Shown here: in pieces, positions 52,356 to 62,896 of the stretch | Position numbering within the stretch: the first letter of the stretch is position 1 | Layout: every line of letters begins with the position of its first letter | DNA from: Candidatus Poribacteria bacterium | GTDB taxonomy: Bacteria > Poribacteria > WGA-4E > JAJDTR01 | Length of the DNA stretch: 64,000 nucleotides | Assembly: GCA_965222225.1 (NCBI GenBank) | Contig: CBDCTK010000002.1 | Location: forward strand, 2,496,001 to 2,560,000 | Direction of reading: 5' to 3' | Notes under the pieces: generated by a model | Database searches by the model: none | What the model was told of the DNA's origin: nothing | Seen by the model: only the letters and a program-made list of their open reading frames with translations | Translations under genes and position numbers: made by a program

Positions 52356-52448
52356 AGGAAGGAAAGGATGGAAGGGAAATAAGGTGTTCATTGGTTCATT
52401 AGCCCATTAGCTCATTTACACAATACGCATGACGTTTCATCAATTATC

Positions 52449-54383
52449 ATGACTCCAAAATCCCTTAAAACTCCCGTCCGTGCTGACGCCTGTCAAACCC
52501 GCATAAAATTTCATGTCCTGCTGATTGGGCTTATGTTGGTGGGGATCAACAGTTACTGGGTACTGATGGGCACCGAGGTCTGGGATTCGACGCGGCTTAC
52601 CGTCGTGTCCCTGTTCTTTAACGCGGTTTTCACGCTGCTGATCTTGACCCTGATCAACTTTGCCGCGCACAAGTTCCTACCACGTTTGGCGATGTCGCAG
52701 GCGGATCTGATGACAATCTACGCGATGGTCGTCATGCTGACAACGATCAGCGGACACACGATGATGGGCTATCTGCTGCCGGCGATTGAGCACGCCTTCT
52801 GGTTTGCGTCGCCGGAAAACGAGTGGGAGCAATTATTCGGTGCGCATGTGCCGAATTGGATTGGGATCAAAGATCGCGAAGTATTACGGGGATTTTTTCA
52901 AGGCGAGTCCACGCTGTATACCGCTGAACACTTGCGCGCATGGATGCCACCGGTACTTGCATGGTCGTGCTTCGTCGTTGCGCTTTGGCTGGTTTTGCTC
53001 GCTTGCAGCGTGTTTCTTCGCAAGCAGTGGACGGAAAACGAGAAGCTCAGTTACCCAATTGTGCAACTCCCTATCGCTATGACGAGCGATCCGAAAGGCT
53101 TCTTCACCAACCACTGGATGTGGATGGGATTTGCGCTTGCGGGAGGAATTGCACTCCTGAACGGATTAAGTTATATCATTCCTTCAATCCCTTATCTAAA
53201 CGTCAAGGACCAGACGATTGGTCGATTCAGTACCAGGCCGTGGAGCGCGATGGGGCCCATTCATGTCTCCTTCTATCCGTTCATCATCGGTCTGATGTTT
53301 TTTACGCCCCTCGATCTCTCCTTCTCCTGCTGGTTTTTCTATATCTTTGGGCGCATCCAGCGAATTGTCGGAGACGCGATCGGTATGCAAAGCATCTACT
53401 TCCACGAGCAGTCGATTGGCGCATGGATCGCTTTTGGACTTATCCCGCTCTGGATGGGACGGCGATACTATCTCCGCATCGTCCGGAGGATTTTCAGCCG
53501 GCGCTATCCACTCGACGATCTAAACGAACCGATAACCTACCGATTGGCAGCGATGACGGTGTTGGGGGGATTGGCGTTTCTCGTGCTTTTCTGCCATCAG
53601 GCGGGCATGTCGTTTTGGGCAATTGGGTTGTTCTTCCTGATCTACTTCCCAATGGTGATTGGCATTACCCGTTCTCGTGCTGAGATCGGCCCTCCGGTCC
53701 ACACGCTGATCCATGTCGATCCGGGACGAACGATGGTCGCATCCCTGGGGACGCATCGACTTGGAACGGCGAACCTCACGATCCTGACCTATCTGTATCC
53801 CTTCAACCGCTGCTTCCGCGCCAATCCGATGCCGAGTGAACTGGAAGCTCTGCGTATCGCTGAACGGACAGGGATCGGCTATCGTCAACTGCTGATCGGG
53901 ATGATCCTGGCGATTGTATTCGGGATTTTTGTCACATTCTGGCTCTATCTGCATGTGATGTACGAGTTGGGCGCGGCAAACAAAGCGCGAGGCTGGATCG
54001 TCTACATGGGATGGGAAACGTTTAATCGCCTACAGACGTGGCTCGTCCTTCCACGGGATGCAAACAGCGCAGAAATGGGCGGAATCGCAGGCGGGTTTTT
54101 ATTCACGATCTTTCTGATGGTTATGAAATTTCGTTTCTTGTGGTGGCCCTTCCATCCGGGGGGTTATGTGCTCACAACAGGTGAGGGGCTCGGTCGTTCG
54201 TGGTTCGCTGTGTTCATCAGTTGGGCAGCCAAAATAACCATCCTGAAAATAGGGGGCATACGTTTGTATCGAAAAGCCGTCCCTTTCTTTCTGGGGCTCA
54301 TCCTGGGAGATTACACACTTGGCTGTGTGTGGAGCTTGATCGGAATCGCCTTCGAGATGCCGACATACGGGGTTTATGAGTAA
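52449..54383 (+). CDS. DUF6785/DUF6784-type multi-pass membrane protein
   Basis: 644 aa hydrophobic; WFASPENEW, EKLSYPI, RSRAEIG, WWPFHP, GLILGD. Confidence 0.8.
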   Translation: MTPKSLKTPVRADACQTRIKFHVLLIGLMLVGINSYWVLMGTEVWDSTRLTVVSLFFNAVFTLLILTLINFAAHKFLPRLAMSQADLMTIYAMVVMLTTISGHTMMGYLLPAIEHAFWFASPENEWEQLFGAHVPNWIGIKDREVLRGFFQGESTLYTAEHLRAWMPPVLAWSCFVVALWLVLLACSVFLRKQWTENEKLSYPIVQLPIAMTSDPKGFFTNHWMWMGFALAGGIALLNGLSYIIPSIPYLNVKDQTIGRFSTRPWSAMGPIHVSFYPFIIGLMFFTPLDLSFSCWFFYIFGRIQRIVGDAIGMQSIYFHEQSIGAWIAFGLIPLWMGRRYYLRIVRRIFSRRYPLDDLNEPITYRLAAMTVLGGLAFLVLFCHQAGMSFWAIGLFFLIYFPMVIGITRSRAEIGPPVHTLIHVDPGRTMVASLGTHRLGTANLTILTYLYPFNRCFRANPMPSELEALRIAERTGIGYRQLLIGMILAIVFGIFVTFWLYLHVMYELGAANKARGWIVYMGWETFNRLQTWLVLPRDANSAEMGGIAGGFLFTIFLMVMKFRFLWWPFHPGGYVLTTGEGLGRSWFAVFISWAAKITILKIGGIRLYRKAVPFFLGLILGDYTLGCVWSLIGIAFEMPTYGVYE

Positions 54384-54562
54384 TGTTAACCCAAGTTGCC
54401 ACTTTTTACTCAAGTTTCTGTTCTCATCGAATCGGCAACCCTTTCAACTTTTTGGCTGGAAGGAAAGGATGGAAGGGGAAGGAATCGGTTTCCCTCCATC
54501 CTTCCTTTTCTTCCCTTCCTGAATTCTGAATCAAGATCGCTAGCCACTGGGTTAAGATTATG

Positions 54563-54736
54563 GTAACCGTTCAGGCGATCATGTAGTATGACCAGAAGGC
54601 CCACACCACTATATGTTGGGGTGTTTCTCCCGTAGGAACACCAGCCGCTGGCTCGCACAGGTGGCGTCCTACAAGATACGGTATGGTAACGCACTGATAC
54701 CCCTACAAATTGTGGCATACCCACCTGAACGGTTAC
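54563..54736. mobile_element. IS66-derived MITE
   Basis: Perfect 13-bp TIR GTAACCGTTCAGG / CCTGAACGGTTAC. Confidence 0.8.
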
Positions 54737-54869
54737 ATAAAATGAAAGGGCGGATTTTCAATTTAACTTGGAATGGAGAAGGAAATGTAGCTTCCCTATG
54801 GACGGTTCATATCCAACACTGGCACTTAAAATTCGACAGTGTCATCACATTACTTGGAGGAGGAAAAAG

Positions 54870-55172
54870 ATGAGAAGGTTTGTAGTAATTGGATTGGTAG
54901 TTGCATGTTTATCTTTGTTATTTTTTACCATTGGCGAAACAGCAATTGAGGATAATCTGGTGTTGCATTTGCCTTTCGATGAGGGCAAAGGCGATCCGGT
55001 TGAGGATAAGTCTGGAAAGGGCAATAACGGCGCTATCCAGGGCGGAGCAAAGTGGGTAGAAGGGAAGTCAGGAAAGGCATTAGAATTCAACGGCAAAGAT
55101 AGTTTCGTTGAGATTCAGGACAGCGCCAGTCTTAATCCAACTACTGGAACTTTTGCAGCTCCCCTCCTGTGA
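54870..55172 (+). pseudogene. Truncated LamG-domain secreted protein
   Basis: GGAGG RBS, signal peptide, LHLPFDEG, GKALEFNG; ends after about 100 aa. Confidence 0.75.
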
Positions 55173-55638
55173 AACGAGGGTGAAAGTCGTTGTCTGGCCA
55201 AAAAATGGATGGGGATTCTCCAAAGAGACCCGTTCCCCTAATGAGTTTTTATAATCGAGTTTTGTCAAAAACTTTACACACGCCCCTCCGGCTTTGCGCT
55301 TGACACTTTTTATTGGTAATGGCATAGCACCTTGTGTTTGTTATTATATCTAGTTTTGGATATTGACTCAACCGGATTATGCAAAAAAATCCGTATAATA
55401 CCCTCGGATATGGGGTTATACGGAAAAAATTCCGTATAATCATGAGTTAAACTGCAAGCAAAACTGCTATAGGCCGGTGGGTGTCTTATTTAAAAACCTT
55501 GAAGTCAAAACAGAAAAAGCACCCCTACGCGGGCCGTCCTGGCCGCCAAGAAAATCTTTGAAACGCTTCTTTTGCCTGATGGATTTGTTCTACAGCGAAT
55601 GAGCTATACGGAGTTTTTTCGACCACGACTGAGATATT

Positions 55639-56010
55639 GTGAGATCAGGAGAGGTGGAGACCGTAAAAGCAGTACTCAACGAAGACGCCGATTTAGTGCA
55701 TGCGATAGACCCTGATGGTTCGACGCCTTTACATCGCGCTGCATGGAAAGGTTATGTTGAAATCGTTGAATTACTGATTGATGCGGGTGCTGATATTGAC
55801 GCTCACAACAACAACACGCATTGGGGAACAACCCCACTTCATGCCGCATCACATGGGAAGCGAACGGCGGTTGCAAAACTCTTGGTTGAACGAGGAGCTC
55901 AAATCAACCTTCGTAGCCCTCTAACCAACTTGACAGCACTTGGACATATCAAGGCTCATAATGCAACGGCGGTTGCCAAATTTTGACTTCAACATGGTGC
56001 AGAAGAATAG
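55639..56010 (+). CDS. Ankyrin repeat protein (probable late frameshift near 55980)
   Basis: GSTPLHRAA, GTTPLHAAS. Confidence 0.8.
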
Positions 56011-56088
56011 AGTTGGCTAACACTCGAAGGGGTTGCTCTATTGGCGTGCCTAACTGCATATAGCAACAGCGGAGGAGAATTCGCAGCC

Positions 56089-57504
56089 ATGATACAAGAC
56101 AATGATCGCCCGACCTACCATTACTTGCCTTCGGAAGGTCTTCTTTGGGATCCATGCGCAGCCATCTACTGGAAAGGTCGCTACCATTTGTTCTACCTGC
56201 ACAGCTCATGGGCAGAAGCCGGCCCCCCGCGTCGATCCGACGGATACATCTATAAAACTTGGGCCCACATCTCCTCCCCGGACCTGGTCCACTGGGAGCA
56301 ACATCCCAACGCGCTCGACCGTGGGCAGACAGGCAACCTGTTCCTCTTCAACGGGACCCCGACCGTCATCTACCCGCACCCGGACGGGGGAGGTGCCAGC
56401 TGTATCGCCACCAATCCAGAAGGTGATCTCATGCGCTGGCAATTTCACCCAAACGATCCCGTCTTGCGCCATCCGGTCCAGGGGACTGGGCTGTACCCAA
56501 GTAGCAACGACGTGACCGCGTGGCAGGAAGGTGAGTGGTGCTATGCGTTAACCGGTACACGCGATACCACAGAGGGAGGGGATACGCAACACCTGTTCCG
56601 CTCCGGCGACCTCGCCGAGTGGGCGTATGTGGATCGCTTCTATAAGTCAGAACGACGATGGACAGGTGCTGAAGACGATTGCGCCTGTCCCGACTTCTTC
56701 GAGTTAGGGGATAGGTGGGTGTTGTTGCACTTTTGCCACCAGCGTCCGTCCGGTAGCAGGTACTACCTTGGCCACTACGAGAATCAACGCTTCTATCCGG
56801 ATACCTTTGACCATATTAACTGGCCAGGTGGCAACTTACACGCCCCTAGGACGATGCTCGATGAGCAGGAGCGCCGTATCCTGTTTGCCAATCTGAATGA
56901 AGGGCGCAATCAAAGTGCGTGTGAGGCGTCCGGTTGGGCGGGGGTCTTGAGCCTGCCCGTCGTCATTTCGCTCGCACCGAATGGAAGTGCAATCCGCTAT
57001 GAGCCGGCCACTGAGTTGCAAGCCTTGCGCCAGGGTCTATGGCAGCGGACCGATATGGCCATCGAGGCCGGCAACGACGTACCGCTACCGGAAGTTCGAG
57101 GCGACTGTCTCGAACTCGAACTGGAGATGGAACCCAGGGGGGCCACTGAGTTCGGCCTGAAGGTGCGCTGTGCCCCGGACAGATCCGAAGAAACTCGCGT
57201 GTTCTTTTCGGTTGGGCCGCCGGCCATCCAGATTGACTTTAGCAAGGCCAGCCGGCGAGACGATCTGGACTATCAGACAGATACCACGGTCCAGGTAGCT
57301 CCTTTCGACTTCGAGCAGGGCGAACCGGTCAAACTGCGGGTCTTCCTCGACCATTCGGTCCTGGAGGTGTTTGCCGGCGATCAGCGTTATCAGTCCCAGC
57401 GCATCTACCCCATCCATCCGGACGCACTGGACGTGAAGCTCTTCAGCCGCGGCGGGTCCACCTTTGTCAAGCGTCTGAGGGCGTGGCAGATGGGTGGAGA
57501 TTGA
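56089..57504 (+). CDS. GH32-like beta-propeller/beta-sandwich protein with non-canonical active site
   Basis: RPTYH...WDP, YHLFY, DLVHW, CACPDFF, LRVFLDHSVLEVF; GGAGGAG RBS. Confidence 0.85.
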   Translation: MIQDNDRPTYHYLPSEGLLWDPCAAIYWKGRYHLFYLHSSWAEAGPPRRSDGYIYKTWAHISSPDLVHWEQHPNALDRGQTGNLFLFNGTPTVIYPHPDGGGASCIATNPEGDLMRWQFHPNDPVLRHPVQGTGLYPSSNDVTAWQEGEWCYALTGTRDTTEGGDTQHLFRSGDLAEWAYVDRFYKSERRWTGAEDDCACPDFFELGDRWVLLHFCHQRPSGSRYYLGHYENQRFYPDTFDHINWPGGNLHAPRTMLDEQERRILFANLNEGRNQSACEASGWAGVLSLPVVISLAPNGSAIRYEPATELQALRQGLWQRTDMAIEAGNDVPLPEVRGDCLELELEMEPRGATEFGLKVRCAPDRSEETRVFFSVGPPAIQIDFSKASRRDDLDYQTDTTVQVAPFDFEQGEPVKLRVFLDHSVLEVFAGDQRYQSQRIYPIHPDALDVKLFSRGGSTFVKRLRAWQMGGD

Positions 57505-57626
57505 AGGGAATTGATCAAGCCTATTGCCAAACATCCGTGCGACTGACAAGTGGGCTAAAATTGGACTCGAAGCAAACCAGACCAGATTGTTGGATATAGC
57601 CCGCCAAGGACGGTGCTTTTTGCTAA

Positions 57627-58067
57627 ATGAGGGTGGCGATGATGATGAATAAACTGTTGGTGTTTCTGACACAAGAAAAGGTTCATAAAGGCTGGCGCTT
57701 CTGGCTGCTGTGGGTTCTGGCTACTAATCTCGGCTATTGGTTAGGTGTGGGCTTGGAGTTGTTACTGTTTGGCCGGATCATCAATATTGTCGCTGTACCT
57801 TTGGGCGGTATCGGGCAGGCGTACGTTCTCAACCAGCATGCTCTGACCCGATGGGAATGGGCAATTGCTAGCGCTGTCGGTTGGTGGCTTGGCATGGTAC
57901 CGGCTAGCTGGCTGCTCACGACATTTGCACCGAACCTGTCATTTTGGCCGTATGCGATTGCCTTCGCACTGATAGCCGGCACAGTGGTCGGTGTGACGAC
58001 CCTTTGGGTGTTGCGGCGCACGAGTCTGCGGATTGATTGGTGGTGGGTGCCAGTGAGTGCAGTCGCC
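57627..58067 (+). pseudogene. Membrane protein N-terminus fused to a transposase remnant
   Basis: GWRFWLLWVLAT-type hydrophobic repeats, then abrupt switch after SAVAG. Confidence 0.6.
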
Positions 58068-58626
58068 GGGCATGATATGGTGTTTCTGTCCAAGGACCAA
58101 AACCTTGATGCCTACATTTTCGGCTGTCCGGTGTACAACGAGGAAGCGAGAGGAAAGTTGGAACACATGGGTATGAAGGTCCCAGAACCATGTGCTTGTG
58201 AAAAGAAGGCGGAGTGCTGTCCAAATGCAGAAATGGGCAGAATCTACCGTGTGCCACGTGAGATGCTCTCTCAGATTGAGTGGGATAATCCTCAGTTCAG
58301 TTACCACTTCAAGCTCGTCTATGCGTTACGCACTAAAATCGAACGCCTCATTGGCCGCATGAAATGCCGCTTCAAGATGCGCCATCTCTACAAGCGAGGT
58401 GTCGCCAACATCCGAGGGCATATCCTTAAGTTTATGAATCTGATGCATATCCTCGCCAGTGTCACCGGAACCTATGGCGTATAGGATGTGAAGCAGAAAT
58501 CGAGAAAAAGAGAAGCAAAACGCCGGGCGGAGTGTGCCCAAAGAACAAAAAACCAAGAGATTTTTGTTGATAGAAAAGCGAAAACTGAGTAAAATGGCCG
58601 TCGTATATTTCCCAAGCGACGCGCCG
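58068..58626 (+). mobile_element. DDE transposase C-terminal remnant and IS right end (IS1182/IS5-like)
   Basis: Cys-rich insertion domain, YALRTKIER (YREK-like), end GACGCGCC. Confidence 0.6.
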
Positions 58627-59094
58627 TTTTAGTTTCAACAGATCGAGTTGCGCCATTTCTGCGGTTGTTTTCATTGATTAGAAAGTCGGTCGGGCTTCCA
58701 AACCCGACGATCTCCGCAAAAAGCCAAATGTCGTGTAGCAGCGCGGACCCGACCCACTGCCGTTGGCGAAAGATGATATAAGCCTACGAAATCACAACTT
58801 GTGGGGGTTGATGTCATTGTGAGCCGAAGCCGCAGAATCGCGATCTTTCACAAAGCCTCAAGATGACATTTCAAACGAAATCCTTGGCTAAGTGTACCCT
58901 TGAACGTAGCAAAGAATCTCAGAAATGGGAAAAAGCAAACCCAATTCCGTATAAGAACTGATTTATGACTCGCGAGACGGATGATATCATGATTGTTTTG
59001 AGGTGAAATATGCGGTTCATTGAACTAACCATCTAACAAAATGCATCACGACCAATACGGTCTTTGTAACTCATATTTGTACAGGTGATTTCAC

Positions 59095-60114
59095 ATGCGC
59101 AATACGAATCGGCAGTGGCAGCTGGTGTCTTACCCAGAAGGCATGCCCACGGAAAGCAACTGGGCAATGTCTCAAAGCTCCATCCCTCAACCGGGCGATG
59201 ATGAGATGCTCGTCCGTGCTATTTATCTTGATGTCGCGCCATATATGCGCGGACGCATCAGTCCGCAGCAGAATTATACAGCCGGTGTCGGTCCTGGCGA
59301 TCTGATGGTCGGCGGGGCCATAGGTGAGGTCGTCCAGTCTAACGACCCAAGCTATAAACAGGGTGATATCGTGGTTAGCGGTGCCTTCGGTTGGCAGGAC
59401 TTCGGGGTGGTAAAACCTGCGATGGTACGTCGGATCGACGCCGATGTCGCCCCGCTCCCCTGTTGGATGGATTTTCTCGGCATAAACGGTGCGACTGCGT
59501 ATTTCGGTTTAGTCGGTGCAGCGGAAATGAAACCTGGCGATACTGTGGTCATCTCCGCCGCCGCGGGCTCAGTGGGGCAAATCGCTGGGCAAATCGCTAA
59601 GCTCGCAGGCTGTCGCGCCATCGCGATTACCAGTTCCGAGAAAAAGATTGCCTGGTGTCGTGAGTTAGGCTATGATGACGGCATCAACTACCGTACCGAA
59701 TCAGACCTGCCAGCGGCCATTGCCAGAGTCTGTCCTGATGGCGTCGATGTGTACTTCGACAATACCGCCGGACCTATCCTTGATGCGGTATTGCAAAATC
59801 TAGCACCCCATGCCCGCATCACGGTTTGCGGTACGGTGAGCCTCGCCGATAGATTCGATAAGCCGGATATCGGTGAACGTTTCATGCGCCGAATCTTGGT
59901 TTCTCGTGCCCGCATTCAGGGTTTTTTGGTCAGCGATTATCAGCAACATTACGAAGAGGCGTGGGCACGTCTTCTCAACTGGTATCGCACCGGCGCTCTG
60001 AAATGCGAATACGATATCGTAGAGGGGTTCGAAAACACCCCCAAGGCGTTTTTACGGTTGTTGACGAGCCAAAATCTCGGGAAACAACTGGTCAAGGTGG
60101 ATCAAGAGACATAG
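59095..60114 (+). CDS. NADP-dependent oxidoreductase (prostaglandin reductase/CurA family)
   Basis: PYMRGR, TAYFGL, SAAAGSVG, GVDVYFDN, NLGKQLV. Confidence 0.92.
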   Translation: MRNTNRQWQLVSYPEGMPTESNWAMSQSSIPQPGDDEMLVRAIYLDVAPYMRGRISPQQNYTAGVGPGDLMVGGAIGEVVQSNDPSYKQGDIVVSGAFGWQDFGVVKPAMVRRIDADVAPLPCWMDFLGINGATAYFGLVGAAEMKPGDTVVISAAAGSVGQIAGQIAKLAGCRAIAITSSEKKIAWCRELGYDDGINYRTESDLPAAIARVCPDGVDVYFDNTAGPILDAVLQNLAPHARITVCGTVSLADRFDKPDIGERFMRRILVSRARIQGFLVSDYQQHYEEAWARLLNWYRTGALKCEYDIVEGFENTPKAFLRLLTSQNLGKQLVKVDQET

Positions 60115-60206
60115 AAATATCCAATCAAGCAATCGAGCCGATAGTTGCCAAGACACAGGGTCGCCCAGACGTAAAATCATTGCGAATTTTCAAGCGAGAT
60201 AAAAAT

Positions 60207-60549
60207 TTGACTTTGTCACATTGGCCCCCCAGCCCCCAATTCTGGGGGAGTGAGGTGATTTTCTCCCCCAGAATTGGGGGTTTTACCTTTACCCAGATCT
60301 TTTTACTCGGCGATGAAGTCGCCGAGCTACAGAATACGGCGCCCGATGAATCGGGCTTTCGGAGAATCTGAAAAGTCCGATTTATCGGACGCAGCCTTGT
60401 AGCCCGCTGATTCATCGGCGGATACAAATCCATGCCCCACACGGCTTTACCGGAAGATGAAAACTTGTGGGTAAAGGTAAGGAATTGGGGGTTGGGGGGC
60501 AAGCCAACAGTAGCTTTACCGATTATTTCTCGTAATGTGACAAAGTCAA
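60207..60549. mobile_element. Nested MITE/REP structure
   Basis: Outer 16-bp perfect IR TTGACTTTGTCACATT; inner 13-bp IR TTACCTTTACCCA (60283-60480); several internal palindromes. Confidence 0.75.
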
Positions 60550-60630
60550 GTTACTTTCAAGGGGGAAAAATGAAAACGTATCGCGCCGCTATTTCTAGGA
60601 TAAAATGCCGGAGGTACTTGGAGGATTTGT

Positions 60631-61419
60631 ATGAAGGCATTTATCGTTTCGCCTGAGCAGAAAGCCACGTTCGAAGAAGACGGATTTGTCGTCTTTCATA
60701 ACGTGCTAGAGAAGGCGGATATACAAGAGTTGATTGACCGTATCGACGGTCTGCTAGAGGGGCGTTACGATTCTGATGGTTTTATTGCTGGCCCTGCATC
60801 CACACAGACCGAGGAAGATGTGGGCAGGTTAATCAAACAGGTCATGCCGACGACTTGGAGAGATGGCAGACTTTATATAAAAGATCCGGTACTCAACAGA
60901 ATTAGCAAGCATCCCACCCTCACATCCATCGCGGCTCAACTTTTGGGCGATGAGGAGGTGTGGCTATTCCAACAGCAGGCGCTGCTCAAAGATCCGGGCG
61001 ATCCGAACCCCACACCCTGGCATCAGGATGACCATTACTGGCAGACCGGTGGCAGAGCTATCACCGCGTGGTTTCCACTGGAACCAGTTTCTAAAGAAAA
61101 CGGTACGATGTCACTTGTGCCCGGCAGCCACAAATGGGAAGTTTTGGAACATGTGCGTGCCAAGGGCGCGAGTCTGTTCAGGACGGTTAAGGAGAACCTA
61201 GACAATTCAATGTTCGTCCCGCTGGAGTTGCGACCTGGAAGCGTCAGCTTTCATCACTCCAAGACTATCCATGGTGCGTTCGCCAATATGGGGAGTGTCA
61301 GGCGAATTGCCTTAGCCCAACATTATGTATCCCCGAGGGATCATCTTCTCCTAGTGGAGAGGCGAGCCGAAAGGCGAAAGAAGGCAGAGCTCGATAGAAC
61401 GCGAAAACTATCCCAATAA
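60631..61419 (+). CDS. PhyH family dioxygenase
   Basis: FEEDGF, TPWHQD, VPGSH, FHHSKTIHG. Confidence 0.9.
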   Translation: MKAFIVSPEQKATFEEDGFVVFHNVLEKADIQELIDRIDGLLEGRYDSDGFIAGPASTQTEEDVGRLIKQVMPTTWRDGRLYIKDPVLNRISKHPTLTSIAAQLLGDEEVWLFQQQALLKDPGDPNPTPWHQDDHYWQTGGRAITAWFPLEPVSKENGTMSLVPGSHKWEVLEHVRAKGASLFRTVKENLDNSMFVPLELRPGSVSFHHSKTIHGAFANMGSVRRIALAQHYVSPRDHLLLVERRAERRKKAELDRTRKLSQ

Positions 61420-61627
61420 CCATCGTCCCTCCTCCGGCCGCGGGGTTCAAGACCGGAAAGGTTGCGATTTTTGCCTTAATTTATTGGAATTTCAGAGGCA
61501 GATTTTCGTTGACACAGACTTGGAGATTGGTACAGAAACACCGTCATGACGAGGCTTGAGCTGACAATTTTTTGCTTAAGTTCATGTCATTCTACTAAGC
61601 CCAGATCTCTTATGGAAAGGAACAACG

Positions 61628-61960
61628 ATGATTAGCTTCAAATGCATAGTGCAGGAGGGCTGCGTACCGCAGGAGATACGTCCCGACTTGACGGCAGAAC
61701 TAGCTCGAATCAGCACATCTATACTCGGCGGCTCTCCCGACGATGTGGAGGTCGAGTTCGACGAGATACCAGAGGGTTACGGTTTCAGGGGTGGTGAGCC
61801 GTCTACCACATCTTTGGTCAGAGGCCATATACCCGACGGTTGCCAACAAGAGGTGCGTATCCAGCTATTACACGAGATTAGCGACATCTGGTGCCAGATC
61901 GCCGGCTGCTCCACTGACGAACTGGTGGTGTCAGCACGCGATCGACATTACCAGGGCTAA
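61628..61960 (+). CDS. Tautomerase-superfamily-like protein lacking Pro-1
   Basis: Beta-alpha-beta doubled pattern; VEVEFDEIP, GHI.DG; similar layout to 62325. Confidence 0.55.
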   Translation: MISFKCIVQEGCVPQEIRPDLTAELARISTSILGGSPDDVEVEFDEIPEGYGFRGGEPSTTSLVRGHIPDGCQQEVRIQLLHEISDIWCQIAGCSTDELVVSARDRHYQG

Positions 61961-62324
61961 TACCTTGTTTTCGCCCCAATAAGGCAGGAATCGAACACTC
62001 TCCCATACCGTCGAAACTCAGCCTGTGAAAGGCTTTGAAGCCTGCAAAAGGTCTCCCTTTACAGGATAGACCTTTTGAACCCTTGTGGTGCCTGAAAACC
62101 GTAGTTTTCACGGACATATTTCTTGACTAATGCGGTGGAAATCGGTCAAAATTGCGGATTTGTGGGTGAAAAGGTCGTGTACGACAAATCGCACCATTTG
62201 AGGGCTGTCCAAGCCAATAGGCGTAGGCGTTGAACGGTTTTTCTGAATGGCTCGATATGCCACTTATTGGTGCGAAATTGAGGTAATAAGGTCCATCTAA
62301 AGCATAAAAAAGAAAGGAAAGAAA

Positions 62325-62723
62325 ATGCCTGTATATCGCTGCAACACTCCCGCTGGTATACTTTCCCAAGATCAGCGCAACCAGCTTGCCAAGGCGTTTA
62401 CCGACGTTCATTGCAATCTTACCGGTGCGCCTAGAAAATTCGTGCAAGTCCTGGTCTTCGACACACCGCCGGGCGCCTCTTCCGGATACCCAACGCCTTA
62501 CTTCATTGACGGCGGCAATCGCGCCGGACGACCGCCGGAGACGAAGCAGGCAATCATGGATGGCTTGACGCAGGCGCTCTCCGACGTTGGCGGCCTCCCT
62601 CGGGCTTCGATTGGCGTGAAGATTACAGAACGCCCCGCGTCATGGTCGATGGAAGGGGGACAGATTCTACCGGAGCCTGGCCAGGAAGGTGCAGAGTGGT
62701 ACACTGAGCACACGGAAAGTTGA
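62325..62723 (+). CDS. Tautomerase family protein (cis-CaaD/MSAD-like)
   Basis: N-terminal MPVY (Pro-1), TDVH..LTGAP..FVQV, RAGR, MEGG..LPEPG. Confidence 0.8.
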   Translation: MPVYRCNTPAGILSQDQRNQLAKAFTDVHCNLTGAPRKFVQVLVFDTPPGASSGYPTPYFIDGGNRAGRPPETKQAIMDGLTQALSDVGGLPRASIGVKITERPASWSMEGGQILPEPGQEGAEWYTEHTES

Positions 62724-62896
62724 TTCAGAAAATACTCACGGTATTCCCAGTAGCAGAGACTTCAACTCGTCTCCACGCTTGACGCCCTTCTTGGAGCGAA
62801 TAAATTCGCCACTACAAGAGGAAGCGCGCGGCGCGGTCGAAAACGAACCATTCTTCACGTTTTCCTAGCATGAACCCACATCGAAAGGAGAACCTC

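Noticed and set aside
55173-55630. AT-rich region with TATACGGA/TCCGTATA inverted repeats
   Set aside because: Probably decayed IS ends that truncated the LamG gene, but I cannot define boundaries or family.
3033-56010. Numerous single-base frameshifts in enzyme genes as programmed recoding or phase variation
   Set aside because: Several fall at short homopolymers (e.g. 5481, 23604, 24309, 27323, 55980) in unrelated genes; long-read assembly indels are the simpler explanation. Read-level checking is needed.
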